Source of the DNA: a virus
Taxonomy: Duplodnaviria > Caudoviricetes
Virus record (IMG/VR): IMGVR_UViG_3300012346_000165
Location: 1-60,129 of that record
Direction: 5' to 3' (one strand)
Length of the DNA: 60,129 nt
Shown here piece by piece: positions 1-7,916 of this stretch; position 1 is the first letter of the stretch; each line of letters begins with the position of its first letter. The position numbers and the translations under genes are program-made. The notes under the pieces are model-generated. The model saw nothing but the letters and a program-made list of their open reading frames with translations. It was not told the origin of the DNA and did not search any database.

Positions 1-1
1 A

Positions 2-367
2 GCTATCTCCAGTCTTAGCATTGCCGTTAAAAGCCAATGGACGGCCATTAGACTCTTTTTTAGCTACAGCCCAAGCCTTTACTAGGCCTTGACCTTTAAA
101 CCCTACAGCCTTGAGCAAATCCTTTAGCTGGGCATCTGTAAGTTTTGTCGAATTCTGATACTTAGCAAGTACTTTGATATTCTTCTTAACCTTAACAAGA
201 CTTTTAGGCTTAGAAACCAAAAAAACCGCCTTAGCGGTTTGAGACACTTGAACTACAGGTTTACTCGTATTCGTTTCTGCAGGCAAAGCATTAGCCTTGT
301 TTGCAAATACAGCCACCGTAAACACAAATGTCAATACTCCAATCAGAAATTTTTGATCTTTCTTCAT
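2..367 (-). CDS. Secreted lytic transglycosylase / lysozyme-like protein, truncated at window edge (not in ORF track)
   Basis: Hand translation: MKKDQKFLIGVLTFVFTVAVFANKANA (signal peptide) ... LKAVGFKGQGLVKAWAVAKKESNGRPLAFNGNAKTGDS. The A..ES.G...A.N pattern is the SLT/lysozyme-like catalytic Glu motif. AGGAGG SD at 375-380. Confidence 0.8.
   Translation of the reverse strand, partial: MKKDQKFLIGVLTFVFTVAVFANKANALPAETNTSKPVVQVSQTAKAVFLVSKPKSLVKVKKNIKVLAKYQNSTKLTDAQLKDLLKAVGFKGQGLVKAWAVAKKESNGRPLAFNGNAKTGDS
219..240 (-). terminator. Intrinsic terminator-like hairpin inside the transglycosylase CDS
   Basis: Minus strand AAACCGC-TAAG-GCGGTTT with a run of 7 T after GCGG. Confidence 0.55.
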
Positions 368-415
368 AATTTTTCCTCCTAGAAAACAATAACACCCGTT
401 TAGGTGTCTAGAACA

Positions 416-445
416 AGTATAACACTTTTCAAGCCTATTTGTCAA
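416..445 (-). promoter_or_regulatory. SigA/sigma70-type promoter for the transglycosylase
   Basis: Minus strand TTGACA-18 nt-TATACT with TG extension. Confidence 0.75.
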
Positions 446-512
446 ATAAAACTACGCTTGAGTAATAAAAATGTTTATAACGTTTTGATATCATTATTTT
501 ACAAGTTTTGCG

Positions 513-521
513 TGGTATAAT
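513..521 (+). promoter_or_regulatory. Extended -10 promoter for the fibre cassette, near-leaderless
   Basis: TGGTATAAT 9 nt before ATG 531; no SD. Confidence 0.65.
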
Positions 522-530
522 TTAAATACT

Positions 531-1571
531 ATGGCAACAGGACAAACTCCCACATATTTACTGCCTTATCCACTATCAACAGACCCAGTTGATGTACATG
601 GAGATATTTTTGAATTAGCAGATAGACTTGAGGATGTTATTGGTGGAATATCTGTTCTGCCTTCTCAATCTGGAAATAATGGAAAGTTTTTAACAACCAA
701 TGGCTCTGCAGCATCATGGGCAACGGTAGATGCTCTACCTTCACAGTCTGGTAATAATGGAAAATATTTGACAACAAATGGAAGCATTGCTTCTTGGGCT
801 ACTGTTGCAGCTCCAGCAAGTGCTACCCCACTTTTAGAGGGTATACTCTACGGTCAGTCTGGAGAGACAAGCGATGAGAATATATCATTAGGATACCACT
901 CACTAAAAAGTTCTACTGGTACCAGAAACATTGCAATAGGTTGGAGTGCTGGATATAGAGCAGCAGATGAGTTTAATCCAGAATACACAATATCTGGAGA
1001 CAATAATATAATTATAGGTAGCGATGCACTAATGCCAGAGATAGATACTATTAGTGATCAGATAGTCCTTGGAAATTACTCGCATAGTTCATTTACAATG
1101 CCAGGATTTGGTTTAAATTATAACAGTACAGGAATATTTTTTAATGCTGGAATTAATGAAGCAATTAAATATTATCCAGACTGGGCAATTGGTGCAACCG
1201 ATACAATTGCTTTACTTGAGCTTGAAGTAGATGGCAGTGGAGCATATGCAGGTCTTGATGCAGAAGACAATTGGTCGGTAGAAGTATATGTAAATGATAC
1301 TACTGATGATCTTGTATCAGATGTATTGTTTGAAAATCAGTCTAGAACAATGGTTCTTATGGTTCCAAATGGAGCAACAGCGTATTATCATTCTGGAACA
1401 TTTTCAATAGATGGAGATGTGTATCCAGTTAAATGGCAAGGTGGGACAGCCCCTACTGCTGGAAATGCTAACTCAATAGATATTTATACATATACAATAT
1501 TTCGTTATTATGATGCAGATCTTGAGGCTTTGTCATATAAAGTATTTGGCTCAATGACAAAGTTTGCATAG
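531..1571 (+). CDS. Tail fibre-like / virion appendage protein
   Basis: N-terminal TPTYLLPYP..D..DV fibre-anchor-like motif, LPSQSGNNGK.LTTNGS..SWATV repeats, N.A.G beta-roll repeats, C-terminal VKWQGGTAPT...DIYTY domain. Confidence 0.65.
   Translation: MATGQTPTYLLPYPLSTDPVDVHGDIFELADRLEDVIGGISVLPSQSGNNGKFLTTNGSAASWATVDALPSQSGNNGKYLTTNGSIASWATVAAPASATPLLEGILYGQSGETSDENISLGYHSLKSSTGTRNIAIGWSAGYRAADEFNPEYTISGDNNIIIGSDALMPEIDTISDQIVLGNYSHSSFTMPGFGLNYNSTGIFFNAGINEAIKYYPDWAIGATDTIALLELEVDGSGAYAGLDAEDNWSVEVYVNDTTDDLVSDVLFENQSRTMVLMVPNGATAYYHSGTFSIDGDVYPVKWQGGTAPTAGNANSIDIYTYTIFRYYDADLEALSYKVFGSMTKFA
657..812 (+). repeat. Two tandem 78-nt (26-aa) coding repeats
   Basis: LPSQSGNNGKFLTTNGSAASWATVDA / LPSQSGNNGKYLTTNGSIASWATVAA. 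Confidence 0.9.
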
Positions 1572-1580
1572 GAGATATAC

Positions 1581-2162
1581 ATGACACCATTGCTATCAAT
1601 GCTTGCAGGCGCTAAGGCGTTTGGTATGACTGTATTTAGATCTCTTGTTGGTGGACCTAAAGGTGGATATGATGCTTTAGCAACTATTAAAGTTCCATCA
1701 GCTGGAGCAACAGAAGTTGTCTTTAGTAATATTCCAAGTGGGTATAAACACCTTCAAATTCGTTTGATTGCAAGACAAACCTCTTTTGGATCTTCTATTG
1801 ATAACTGTGTTATGCAATGCAATGGAGTCACTAGTGGAATTTACTCAAGTCACTTTATGCGTGGAAATGGAAGCACTGCAACAGCAACAGGCTATGCAAA
1901 CTTAACAAACTGGAGTATGGCATTTTGGGCTCCACAGTCTGGTTCTGGTTCGCTCGGTGCTGCAATCATTGATATTCTTGACTATGCCAGTACAACAAAA
2001 ACAAAAACATTTAGAGGTTTTTCTGGTGCTGATATCAGTGGCAGTGGCGAATTAACTCTTGCTTCTGGACTTTTTAATAGTACTGATCCAATTACATCAA
2101 TTAGATTGTTCGGAGCAACGTTTAATGGCAATACAGAGTTTGCATTATACGGAGTTAGATAA
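1581..2162 (+). CDS. Putative virion beta-sandwich protein, paralog of the N-terminal domains of the next two genes
   Basis: VVFSNIPSGYKHLQI ... IIDILDYA ... ITSI ... LYG pattern shared with 2162 and 3490; GGAG SD. Confidence 0.55.
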   Translation: MTPLLSMLAGAKAFGMTVFRSLVGGPKGGYDALATIKVPSAGATEVVFSNIPSGYKHLQIRLIARQTSFGSSIDNCVMQCNGVTSGIYSSHFMRGNGSTATATGYANLTNWSMAFWAPQSGSGSLGAAIIDILDYASTTKTKTFRGFSGADISGSGELTLASGLFNSTDPITSIRLFGATFNGNTEFALYGVR

Positions 2163-3490
2163 TGGCAACTAATACATATATAGCGCTAACAACTCAGACA
2201 GTTGCTTCTCCTGTGTCTAGTGTTACGTTTTCATCAATACCACAAGATTATACTGATTTAGTTATAGAAATTTCAGCACTAGCAACATCTAATGGAGTAT
2301 CACCACTCAGGTACAGAATTAATGGATCTTCTGCAAACTATTATTCTGAAACAGTTTTAGTTGGAACAGGATCATCCGTTGTATCTGGGAGAAATGTGGC
2401 ATTTCCAAACTTTAGCCTATATTGGTTCAACTATTTATCTTCTACAACACCACGTCTAGTTACTATTAATATTCCAAATTATTCTAACACTGTGCTGTAT
2501 AAAAATATTCTTACTCGATTCAGCGATTCTTCTGCAGAAGTTGGTGCTTTTGCTCAGTTTTACTATAGTCCTAGCCCAGCTGTTACTACTCTTGAATTTT
2601 ATACAACTGCTGGAACAATAGCAGCAGGATCAACTTTTACTATATATGGTATTGCTAAATCTTCAATAGGCGCTAAAGCAACTGGTGGTTCAATTTATTC
2701 TGATGAAAATTATTTTTATCATATATTCAATTCAACTGGAACATTTACACCATTGCAATCATTGTCATGTGAGTATCTTGTCGTTGCAGGTGGTGGTGGA
2801 GGAGGCAATGGAAATCCACAGGCAACTGGTGGCGGAGGAGGACAAGTTGGGTATGCAACTAACACCCTTACAGCAGGAAGCTACACTGCAACAGTAGGCG
2901 CAGGTGGAGCAGGAACTGTAGCAGGAAGTTCTTCAGCATTTAATGGCTTAACTATGTCAGGCGGTGGAAGAGGTCAAAATGGCTATTATCCAGATAGAGG
3001 TGGAAGCTCTGGCAAAAACATTAATGGTGTTGTAACAAGCTATTTAGGTGGATTAACCACATCTGGAGTTGTTAATAACCAGCTAGCTGGCGGTGGAGGT
3101 GCAGGAGCTGGAGCTAATGGTCTTGACAGTAGTCCTTTTAATCCAGCTGTTGTTGGATCTATAGGTGGCGATGGATACGCATCTAACATCACTGGAGAGC
3201 TCATCTACTATGGCGGTGGTGGTAACGGTGGAAATGAAGGAACAGGTTCTAACAGTGGTTGGGGATCTTTTGCTGGATATGTTCCAACTTATAGAAGTAA
3301 AGGCGGTGGAGGTTGGGGTGGTGGACAGTACCCATCATCTAATCCTGCATCAAAGCCAACTGCTGGAGAAACTAACACAGGTGGTGGTGGAGGAGGCGGT
3401 ACTTGGGATAATAGCAATCCTAAAGAAACAGGTGCTGACTTCGGTGCTGCAGGTGGATCTGGAATAGTGATTGTGAGGTACGCAAGATAA
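2162..3490 (+). CDS. Glycine-rich putative fibre / receptor-binding protein
   Basis: Shared N-domain, then KATGG...YHIF..TGTF..VVAGGGGGG ... GGSGIVIVRY glycine-rich domain. Confidence 0.6.
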   Translation: MATNTYIALTTQTVASPVSSVTFSSIPQDYTDLVIEISALATSNGVSPLRYRINGSSANYYSETVLVGTGSSVVSGRNVAFPNFSLYWFNYLSSTTPRLVTINIPNYSNTVLYKNILTRFSDSSAEVGAFAQFYYSPSPAVTTLEFYTTAGTIAAGSTFTIYGIAKSSIGAKATGGSIYSDENYFYHIFNSTGTFTPLQSLSCEYLVVAGGGGGGNGNPQATGGGGGQVGYATNTLTAGSYTATVGAGGAGTVAGSSSAFNGLTMSGGGRGQNGYYPDRGGSSGKNINGVVTSYLGGLTTSGVVNNQLAGGGGAGAGANGLDSSPFNPAVVGSIGGDGYASNITGELIYYGGGGNGGNEGTGSNSGWGSFAGYVPTYRSKGGGGWGGGQYPSSNPASKPTAGETNTGGGGGGGTWDNSNPKETGADFGAAGGSGIVIVRYAR

Positions 3491-4803
3491 TGCCAATAGA
3501 AAACCATGTACTACTGCAGCGTATAACATTAACTCAAAACGCTTCTTCAGTTGTTTTAAACTCAATTCCTCAAACAGGATATACAGATTTAAAGATTGTG
3601 ATAAGTGGAAGAAATACTCAGTCAGCATATAGTGATGGATTTTCTTTAAGTGTTAATGGCGGAACAGCATATTCTACTATTGAGTTGTATCAGCAAAACG
3701 GTAGCATAAGTTCCTATGGACCACGTAATGGCTCAACATATTTATTCTGTGGACATATGCCATCGTCTAGCTCATCTGCTAATACATTCGGAAGTCATGA
3801 AATATACATTTCAAACTATACCTCATCTGGAATAAAAGCTGTGTCTATAGACGGAACAACTGAAAATAATGGAACGCAAGTTTATCAGGTTATGTATGCT
3901 GGAAGAATTACAAATGGAACTTCAATTAGTTCTATAACATTTGATAATTTTGGGTATAGCTTTGTTGCAGGATCATCATTCTCGATTTATGGCATAGCTA
4001 ATGCCAACGTTACTCCAGCCTCAGCTCCTAAAGCTTTTGGTGGAGATATTGTAAAAACTGATGGCACATACTGGTATCACATCTTTACCGACTCTGGGGT
4101 ATTTAAACCACAGGTAAATCTTACTTGTGACTATGCAGTAGTTGCTGGAGGTGGAGGAGGCGGAGTTGACTTCGGCGGTGGAGGTGGTGCAGGAGGCTAC
4201 CGCACTGGAGCTAGTGTTTCCTTTACATCAGCAAGCCATACTGTAGTAGTAGGCGCAGGCGGTGGCGGAGGAACACGATCTAACGGATTCCTTGGAAAAA
4301 ATGGAAGTGCATCTAGCATCAGCGGTCAAACATTCACTACGATTGAATCAGCAGGTGGCGGTGGCGGTGGATCTATGAACTTTGGAAATCCTAAAGCTGG
4401 TGGCTCTGGAGGTGGAGGTTACGGAGGATATGCAAATATGTCTGGCCCAGGAGCAGCAGGAAATACACCTTCAACTACTCCGGCACAGGGATATTCTGGT
4501 GGTTCTGGTTACGCACCTAGCGGTTATGGTTCCGATAGGTATGGTGGCGGTGGCGGTGGAGCAACAGCAGCTGGAACCAACGCTACATCTGGTGGATACG
4601 GAGTGGGTGGCTCTGGCGCTACTACATCACTTAGTGGCACATCAACAATTTATGCAGCAGGCGGTGGAGGTTGTCAAGGACAGTCATTTACCGCAACAGT
4701 AGTTGGTGCAATGGCTACTGGTAATGGAGGACAAGGTGGTGGAGAAGACCGTGGTGGTACTGCAGGCGGTTCAGGAATTGTTATTATTAGATACCTAGTA
4801 TAA
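3490..4803 (+). CDS. Glycine-rich putative fibre / receptor-binding protein (paralog)
   Basis: Same architecture: KAFGG...YHIF..SGVF..VVAGGGGGG ... GGSGIVIIRY. Confidence 0.6.
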   Translation: MPIENHVLLQRITLTQNASSVVLNSIPQTGYTDLKIVISGRNTQSAYSDGFSLSVNGGTAYSTIELYQQNGSISSYGPRNGSTYLFCGHMPSSSSSANTFGSHEIYISNYTSSGIKAVSIDGTTENNGTQVYQVMYAGRITNGTSISSITFDNFGYSFVAGSSFSIYGIANANVTPASAPKAFGGDIVKTDGTYWYHIFTDSGVFKPQVNLTCDYAVVAGGGGGGVDFGGGGGAGGYRTGASVSFTSASHTVVVGAGGGGGTRSNGFLGKNGSASSISGQTFTTIESAGGGGGGSMNFGNPKAGGSGGGGYGGYANMSGPGAAGNTPSTTPAQGYSGGSGYAPSGYGSDRYGGGGGGATAAGTNATSGGYGVGGSGATTSLSGTSTIYAAGGGGCQGQSFTATVVGAMATGNGGQGGGEDRGGTAGGSGIVIIRYLV

Positions 4804-4812
4804 TGGTATACT
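4804..4812 (+). promoter_or_regulatory. Extended -10 promoter
   Basis: TGGTATACT upstream of GGAGG SD and ATG 4832. Confidence 0.55.
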
Positions 4813-4831
4813 ATACAAATGGAGGAAAAAT

Positions 4832-5068
4832 ATGTCTGATGTACCAAAAAAATTAGTTTATGACTTTGAAACTGGAGAGACCAGCTATATTGACTATACT
4901 CCAGAAGAGATTGCACAAAGAGATCAGGACTTGGCAGAATTTGCTGAGCGAAAGGCTTTAGAAGAAGCCGAGGCAGAAAGAATTGCAGAACTTAAAACTT
5001 CAGCAAAAGAAAAATTAAAAACAGGACAACCATTGACAGATGACGAAGCGTCTGTTATTGTAATTTAA
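4832..5068 (+). CDS. Small hypothetical protein, possibly fibre-associated
   Basis: 78-aa ORF with GGAGG SD; charged helical. Confidence 0.6.
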   Translation: MSDVPKKLVYDFETGETSYIDYTPEEIAQRDQDLAEFAERKALEEAEAERIAELKTSAKEKLKTGQPLTDDEASVIVI

Positions 5069-5077
5069 GGAGGAAAT

Positions 5078-5461
5078 ATGGCATACGCAGCAGAAATTGA
5101 TAATGAGGGAACAGTTCTTAGAGTTCTCAAGATAAGTGATGACCACGATCATAGAATTCAGGAGCATATGACTGTTGACCTGGGTCTTGGTGGTACATGG
5201 ATTAAGACATCCTACAATACCGTCGGTGGAGTACACTCTTTGGGTGGCACACCATTAAGAAAAAATTATGCGGGACCAGGATTTAAGTACGATGCAGAAA
5301 GAGATGCATTTATTCCACCAAAGCCATATCCATCATGGGTATTAAACGATGATACATGTCTATGGAATGCTCCAGTAGCAAAGCCAGAAGATGACAAGTT
5401 CTATGCTTGGGATGAAGATACAACCTCATGGGTTGTTATAGAAGAAACGCCAGCACCATAA
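5078..5461 (+). CDS. Conserved phage protein, possible tail-fibre assembly factor
   Basis: WIKTSYN..RKNYAG.G..YD..RDAFIPPKPYPSW.L....C.W.AP motif, typical next to glycine-rich genes; AGGAGG SD. Confidence 0.55.
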   Translation: MAYAAEIDNEGTVLRVLKISDDHDHRIQEHMTVDLGLGGTWIKTSYNTVGGVHSLGGTPLRKNYAGPGFKYDAERDAFIPPKPYPSWVLNDDTCLWNAPVAKPEDDKFYAWDEDTTSWVVIEETPAP

Positions 5462-5691
5462 TGAGCGACGTATCTAATCTACTCTCAACAGAACAAAAGG
5501 CTAAGCTGCTTCAGGACAGACTTACTCAGTTTGCCTCTGAAATGTATCAATACCAGCTTAACAAGAAAACAGCAGAAGCTACTGGAATGCAAGAGCATGC
5601 AGATGCTGCAGAAAAAGCAATTGTTATTTTAACAAAAGCTATTGAGATTCATAAGGCAGAACTAGATTCGCTGCCAAGCTCTGAGTCTTAA
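5461..5691 (+). CDS. Small helical hypothetical protein (start revised to ATG 5461)
   Basis: TAATG stop/start coupling with the previous gene. Confidence 0.6.
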   Translation: MSDVSNLLSTEQKAKLLQDRLTQFASEMYQYQLNKKTAEATGMQEHADAAEKAIVILTKAIEIHKAELDSLPSSES

Positions 5692-5715
5692 AACTTAAAC
5701 AACTTAATTAAACTT

Positions 5716-5756
5716 AAAGTCCTACACTCAACTAGAGCTGTAGGCTTTTTGTTTTG
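5716..5756 (+). terminator. Intrinsic terminator closing the fibre cassette
   Basis: AAAGTCCTACA..CTC-AACTA-GAG..TGTAGGCTTT followed by TTGTTTT. Confidence 0.7.
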
Positions 5757-5780
5757 AACTTGATTTCATGTAAACAATAG

Positions 5781-5819
5781 TGCTATAATTAGGGAGTACT
5801 TTGCAAAACTAAAAGTACT
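5781..5819 (+). promoter_or_regulatory. nrdJ promoter with an inverted repeat at the transcript start
   Basis: TGCTATAAT at 5781-5789; AGTACTTT-9 nt-AAAGTACT at 5795-5819. Confidence 0.55.
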
Positions 5820-5853
5820 AATCCAAAATTACTTGAAAGGTAAGTGTTATTCT

Positions 5854-7884
5854 ATGTCCGACTTTTTTTCGTTTCGTTTGCTAGATGATTTTATTAATAA
5901 ATATGCTGAGGTAGCTCCACCGTTTGGTTTTGCTGATGCAGGTGGCAATTCCTTGGGAGAGATTACGTTTATTCGTACATATTCCCGTGTAAAGGAGGAT
6001 GGAACTAAGGAAAAGTGGCATGAAGTATGCCGTCGTGTAATCGAGGGTATGTACTCAGTTCAGAAGAACCATGCTAAAGAAAATAGACTCCCTTGGAACG
6101 ACAACAAGGCTCAGAAGTCTGCTCAGGAAGCATTCCAAAGAATGTTTGAGCTAAAGTGGACACCTCCAGGACGAGGCCTATGGGCATTTGGAACTCCTAT
6201 GACTATGGAGAAGCGCAACTCTGCTTCCCTTCAAAACTGTGCAATGGTCTCTACTCGTGACCTTGACAGAAATGATCCAGGAGCTCTATTTGCTTGGGTA
6301 ATGGATGCACTTATGCTTGGAATTGGTGTTGGATTTGATACCCTCGGTCAAGACAAGCAGATGCCTATTTATGCACCTACAGAGCCAGCATCAACTTATG
6401 AGGTTCCAGATACACGTGAAGGATGGGTAGAGTCTGTTAGACTTCTTATCAACTCATTCTTGCGACAGAATCAGCCAATTCAAGAATTCAATTATGACCT
6501 TGTACGTCCAGCTGGAGCACCAATCAAGGGGTTCGGCGGGGTAGCAAGTGGACCACAACCACTGATTGATCTACATACACGCATTAGAAATGTAATTGGT
6601 TCTAGAGCTGGAGAAACTCTTGATAGCCGTGCTATTGTAGATATTATTAACCTTATTGGAACATGTGTTGTTTCTGGAAATGTTCGTCGTTCTGCAACAC
6701 TTGCTTTGGGTACTCCAGAAGATGAAGGGTTCATTAATCTTAAGAATCCAGAAGTATTCCCAGAGCGCAACTCATATGATCCAGAAAATCCAGGATGGGC
6801 ATGGATGAGCAATAACTCTATTTCTGCTCAGGTTGGAACTAAGTATGAAGACTATGTAGATTTAATTGCAGACAACGGAGAGCCTGGATTTATTTGGCTT
6901 GATGTTGCTCGCAATTATGGTCGCCTTGCCGATGCTCCTGATTATAAGGATACTCGTGTAATGGGCTTCAATCCTTGTGCGGAGCAGCCATTAGAGTCGT
7001 ACGAACTTTGTACTCTTGTAGAAGTTCACTTAAACCGACATGAATCCAAGGAGGACTTCCTTAAGACATTGAAGTTTGCATACCTTTATGGAAAGACTGT
7101 AACTCTTATGCCAACACACTGGCAGCAGACAAACGGTATCATGCAGAGAAACCGTCGTATCGGAACATCTCTTACAGGTATCGCTGCATTTGCTGATGAG
7201 CATGGACTTCCAACAACTCGTGAGTGGATGGATGAAGGTTATAATACAATTCGTAAATATGACCACCAATACTCAGAGTGGCTCTGTGTTCGTGAATCAG
7301 TTCGTGTAACAACAGTCAAGCCTTCTGGATCAGTTTCACTTCTTTCTGGTGCTACTCCTGGAGTTCACTGGGGACCTGGTGGAGCTTTCTATCTTCGTGC
7401 TATTCGCTTTGGCAACCAAGATCCAATGCTTCACTTGTTTAAAGCAGCAGGGTATAAGATTGAGGCAGATCTAGTATCAGCAAACACATCTGTTGTTTAT
7501 TTCCCAGTTGCATCAGGACATAAGCGTTCTGAAAAGCATGTAAGCCTATTTGAAAAGATTGGTCTTGCAGCAACTACTCAAAAGTACTGGTCTGACAATG
7601 GCGTTTCTGTAACATTATCATTTGATAAAGAAACAGAGAAAAAGTTTGTTGCTCCAGCACTTAATATGTATGAGGGCCAGCTAAAGGCTGTCTCATTCCT
7701 TCCAATGGGAAATCAGACATATCCTCAGCAACCTTATACAGAAATCACAAAAGAAGAGTATGAGGCATATATCGGAAAGATTGCAAAGATTAATTGGAAT
7801 GCAATCTATGATGGTGTAGATAATCTTGAGGCAGAAGGCGAAGCCTACTGTACAACAGATGTATGTGAGATTAAACTAAATTAG
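5854..7884 (+). CDS. nrdJ: Class II (adenosylcobalamin-dependent) ribonucleotide reductase, monomeric RTPR type
   Basis: PPGRGLW, LQNC, NPCAEQ (thiyl Cys), TTVKPSGSVS, C-terminal CTTDVC; no small subunit nearby; start revised to MSDFF. Confidence 0.92.
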   Translation: MSDFFSFRLLDDFINKYAEVAPPFGFADAGGNSLGEITFIRTYSRVKEDGTKEKWHEVCRRVIEGMYSVQKNHAKENRLPWNDNKAQKSAQEAFQRMFELKWTPPGRGLWAFGTPMTMEKRNSASLQNCAMVSTRDLDRNDPGALFAWVMDALMLGIGVGFDTLGQDKQMPIYAPTEPASTYEVPDTREGWVESVRLLINSFLRQNQPIQEFNYDLVRPAGAPIKGFGGVASGPQPLIDLHTRIRNVIGSRAGETLDSRAIVDIINLIGTCVVSGNVRRSATLALGTPEDEGFINLKNPEVFPERNSYDPENPGWAWMSNNSISAQVGTKYEDYVDLIADNGEPGFIWLDVARNYGRLADAPDYKDTRVMGFNPCAEQPLESYELCTLVEVHLNRHESKEDFLKTLKFAYLYGKTVTLMPTHWQQTNGIMQRNRRIGTSLTGIAAFADEHGLPTTREWMDEGYNTIRKYDHQYSEWLCVRESVRVTTVKPSGSVSLLSGATPGVHWGPGGAFYLRAIRFGNQDPMLHLFKAAGYKIEADLVSANTSVVYFPVASGHKRSEKHVSLFEKIGLAATTQKYWSDNGVSVTLSFDKETEKKFVAPALNMYEGQLKAVSFLPMGNQTYPQQPYTEITKEEYEAYIGKIAKINWNAIYDGVDNLEAEGEAYCTTDVCEIKLN

Positions 7885-7892
7885 CCTTACTG

Positions 7893-7901
7893 TGGTAAAA
7901 T
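7893..7901 (+). promoter_or_regulatory. Extended -10 promoter
   Basis: TGGTAAAAT before AGGAG SD and ATG 7917. Confidence 0.5.
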
Positions 7902-7916
7902 AGGGTAGGAGATATA

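Noticed and set aside
531-4803. Diversity-generating retroelement acting on fibre genes
   Set aside because: No reverse transcriptase and no near-identical TR/VR pair; paralogs are diverged throughout
5790-5853. Cobalamin riboswitch or NrdR box upstream of nrdJ
   Set aside because: Leader of about 60 nt is too short for a B12 riboswitch, and no NrdR-box-like sequence was recognised
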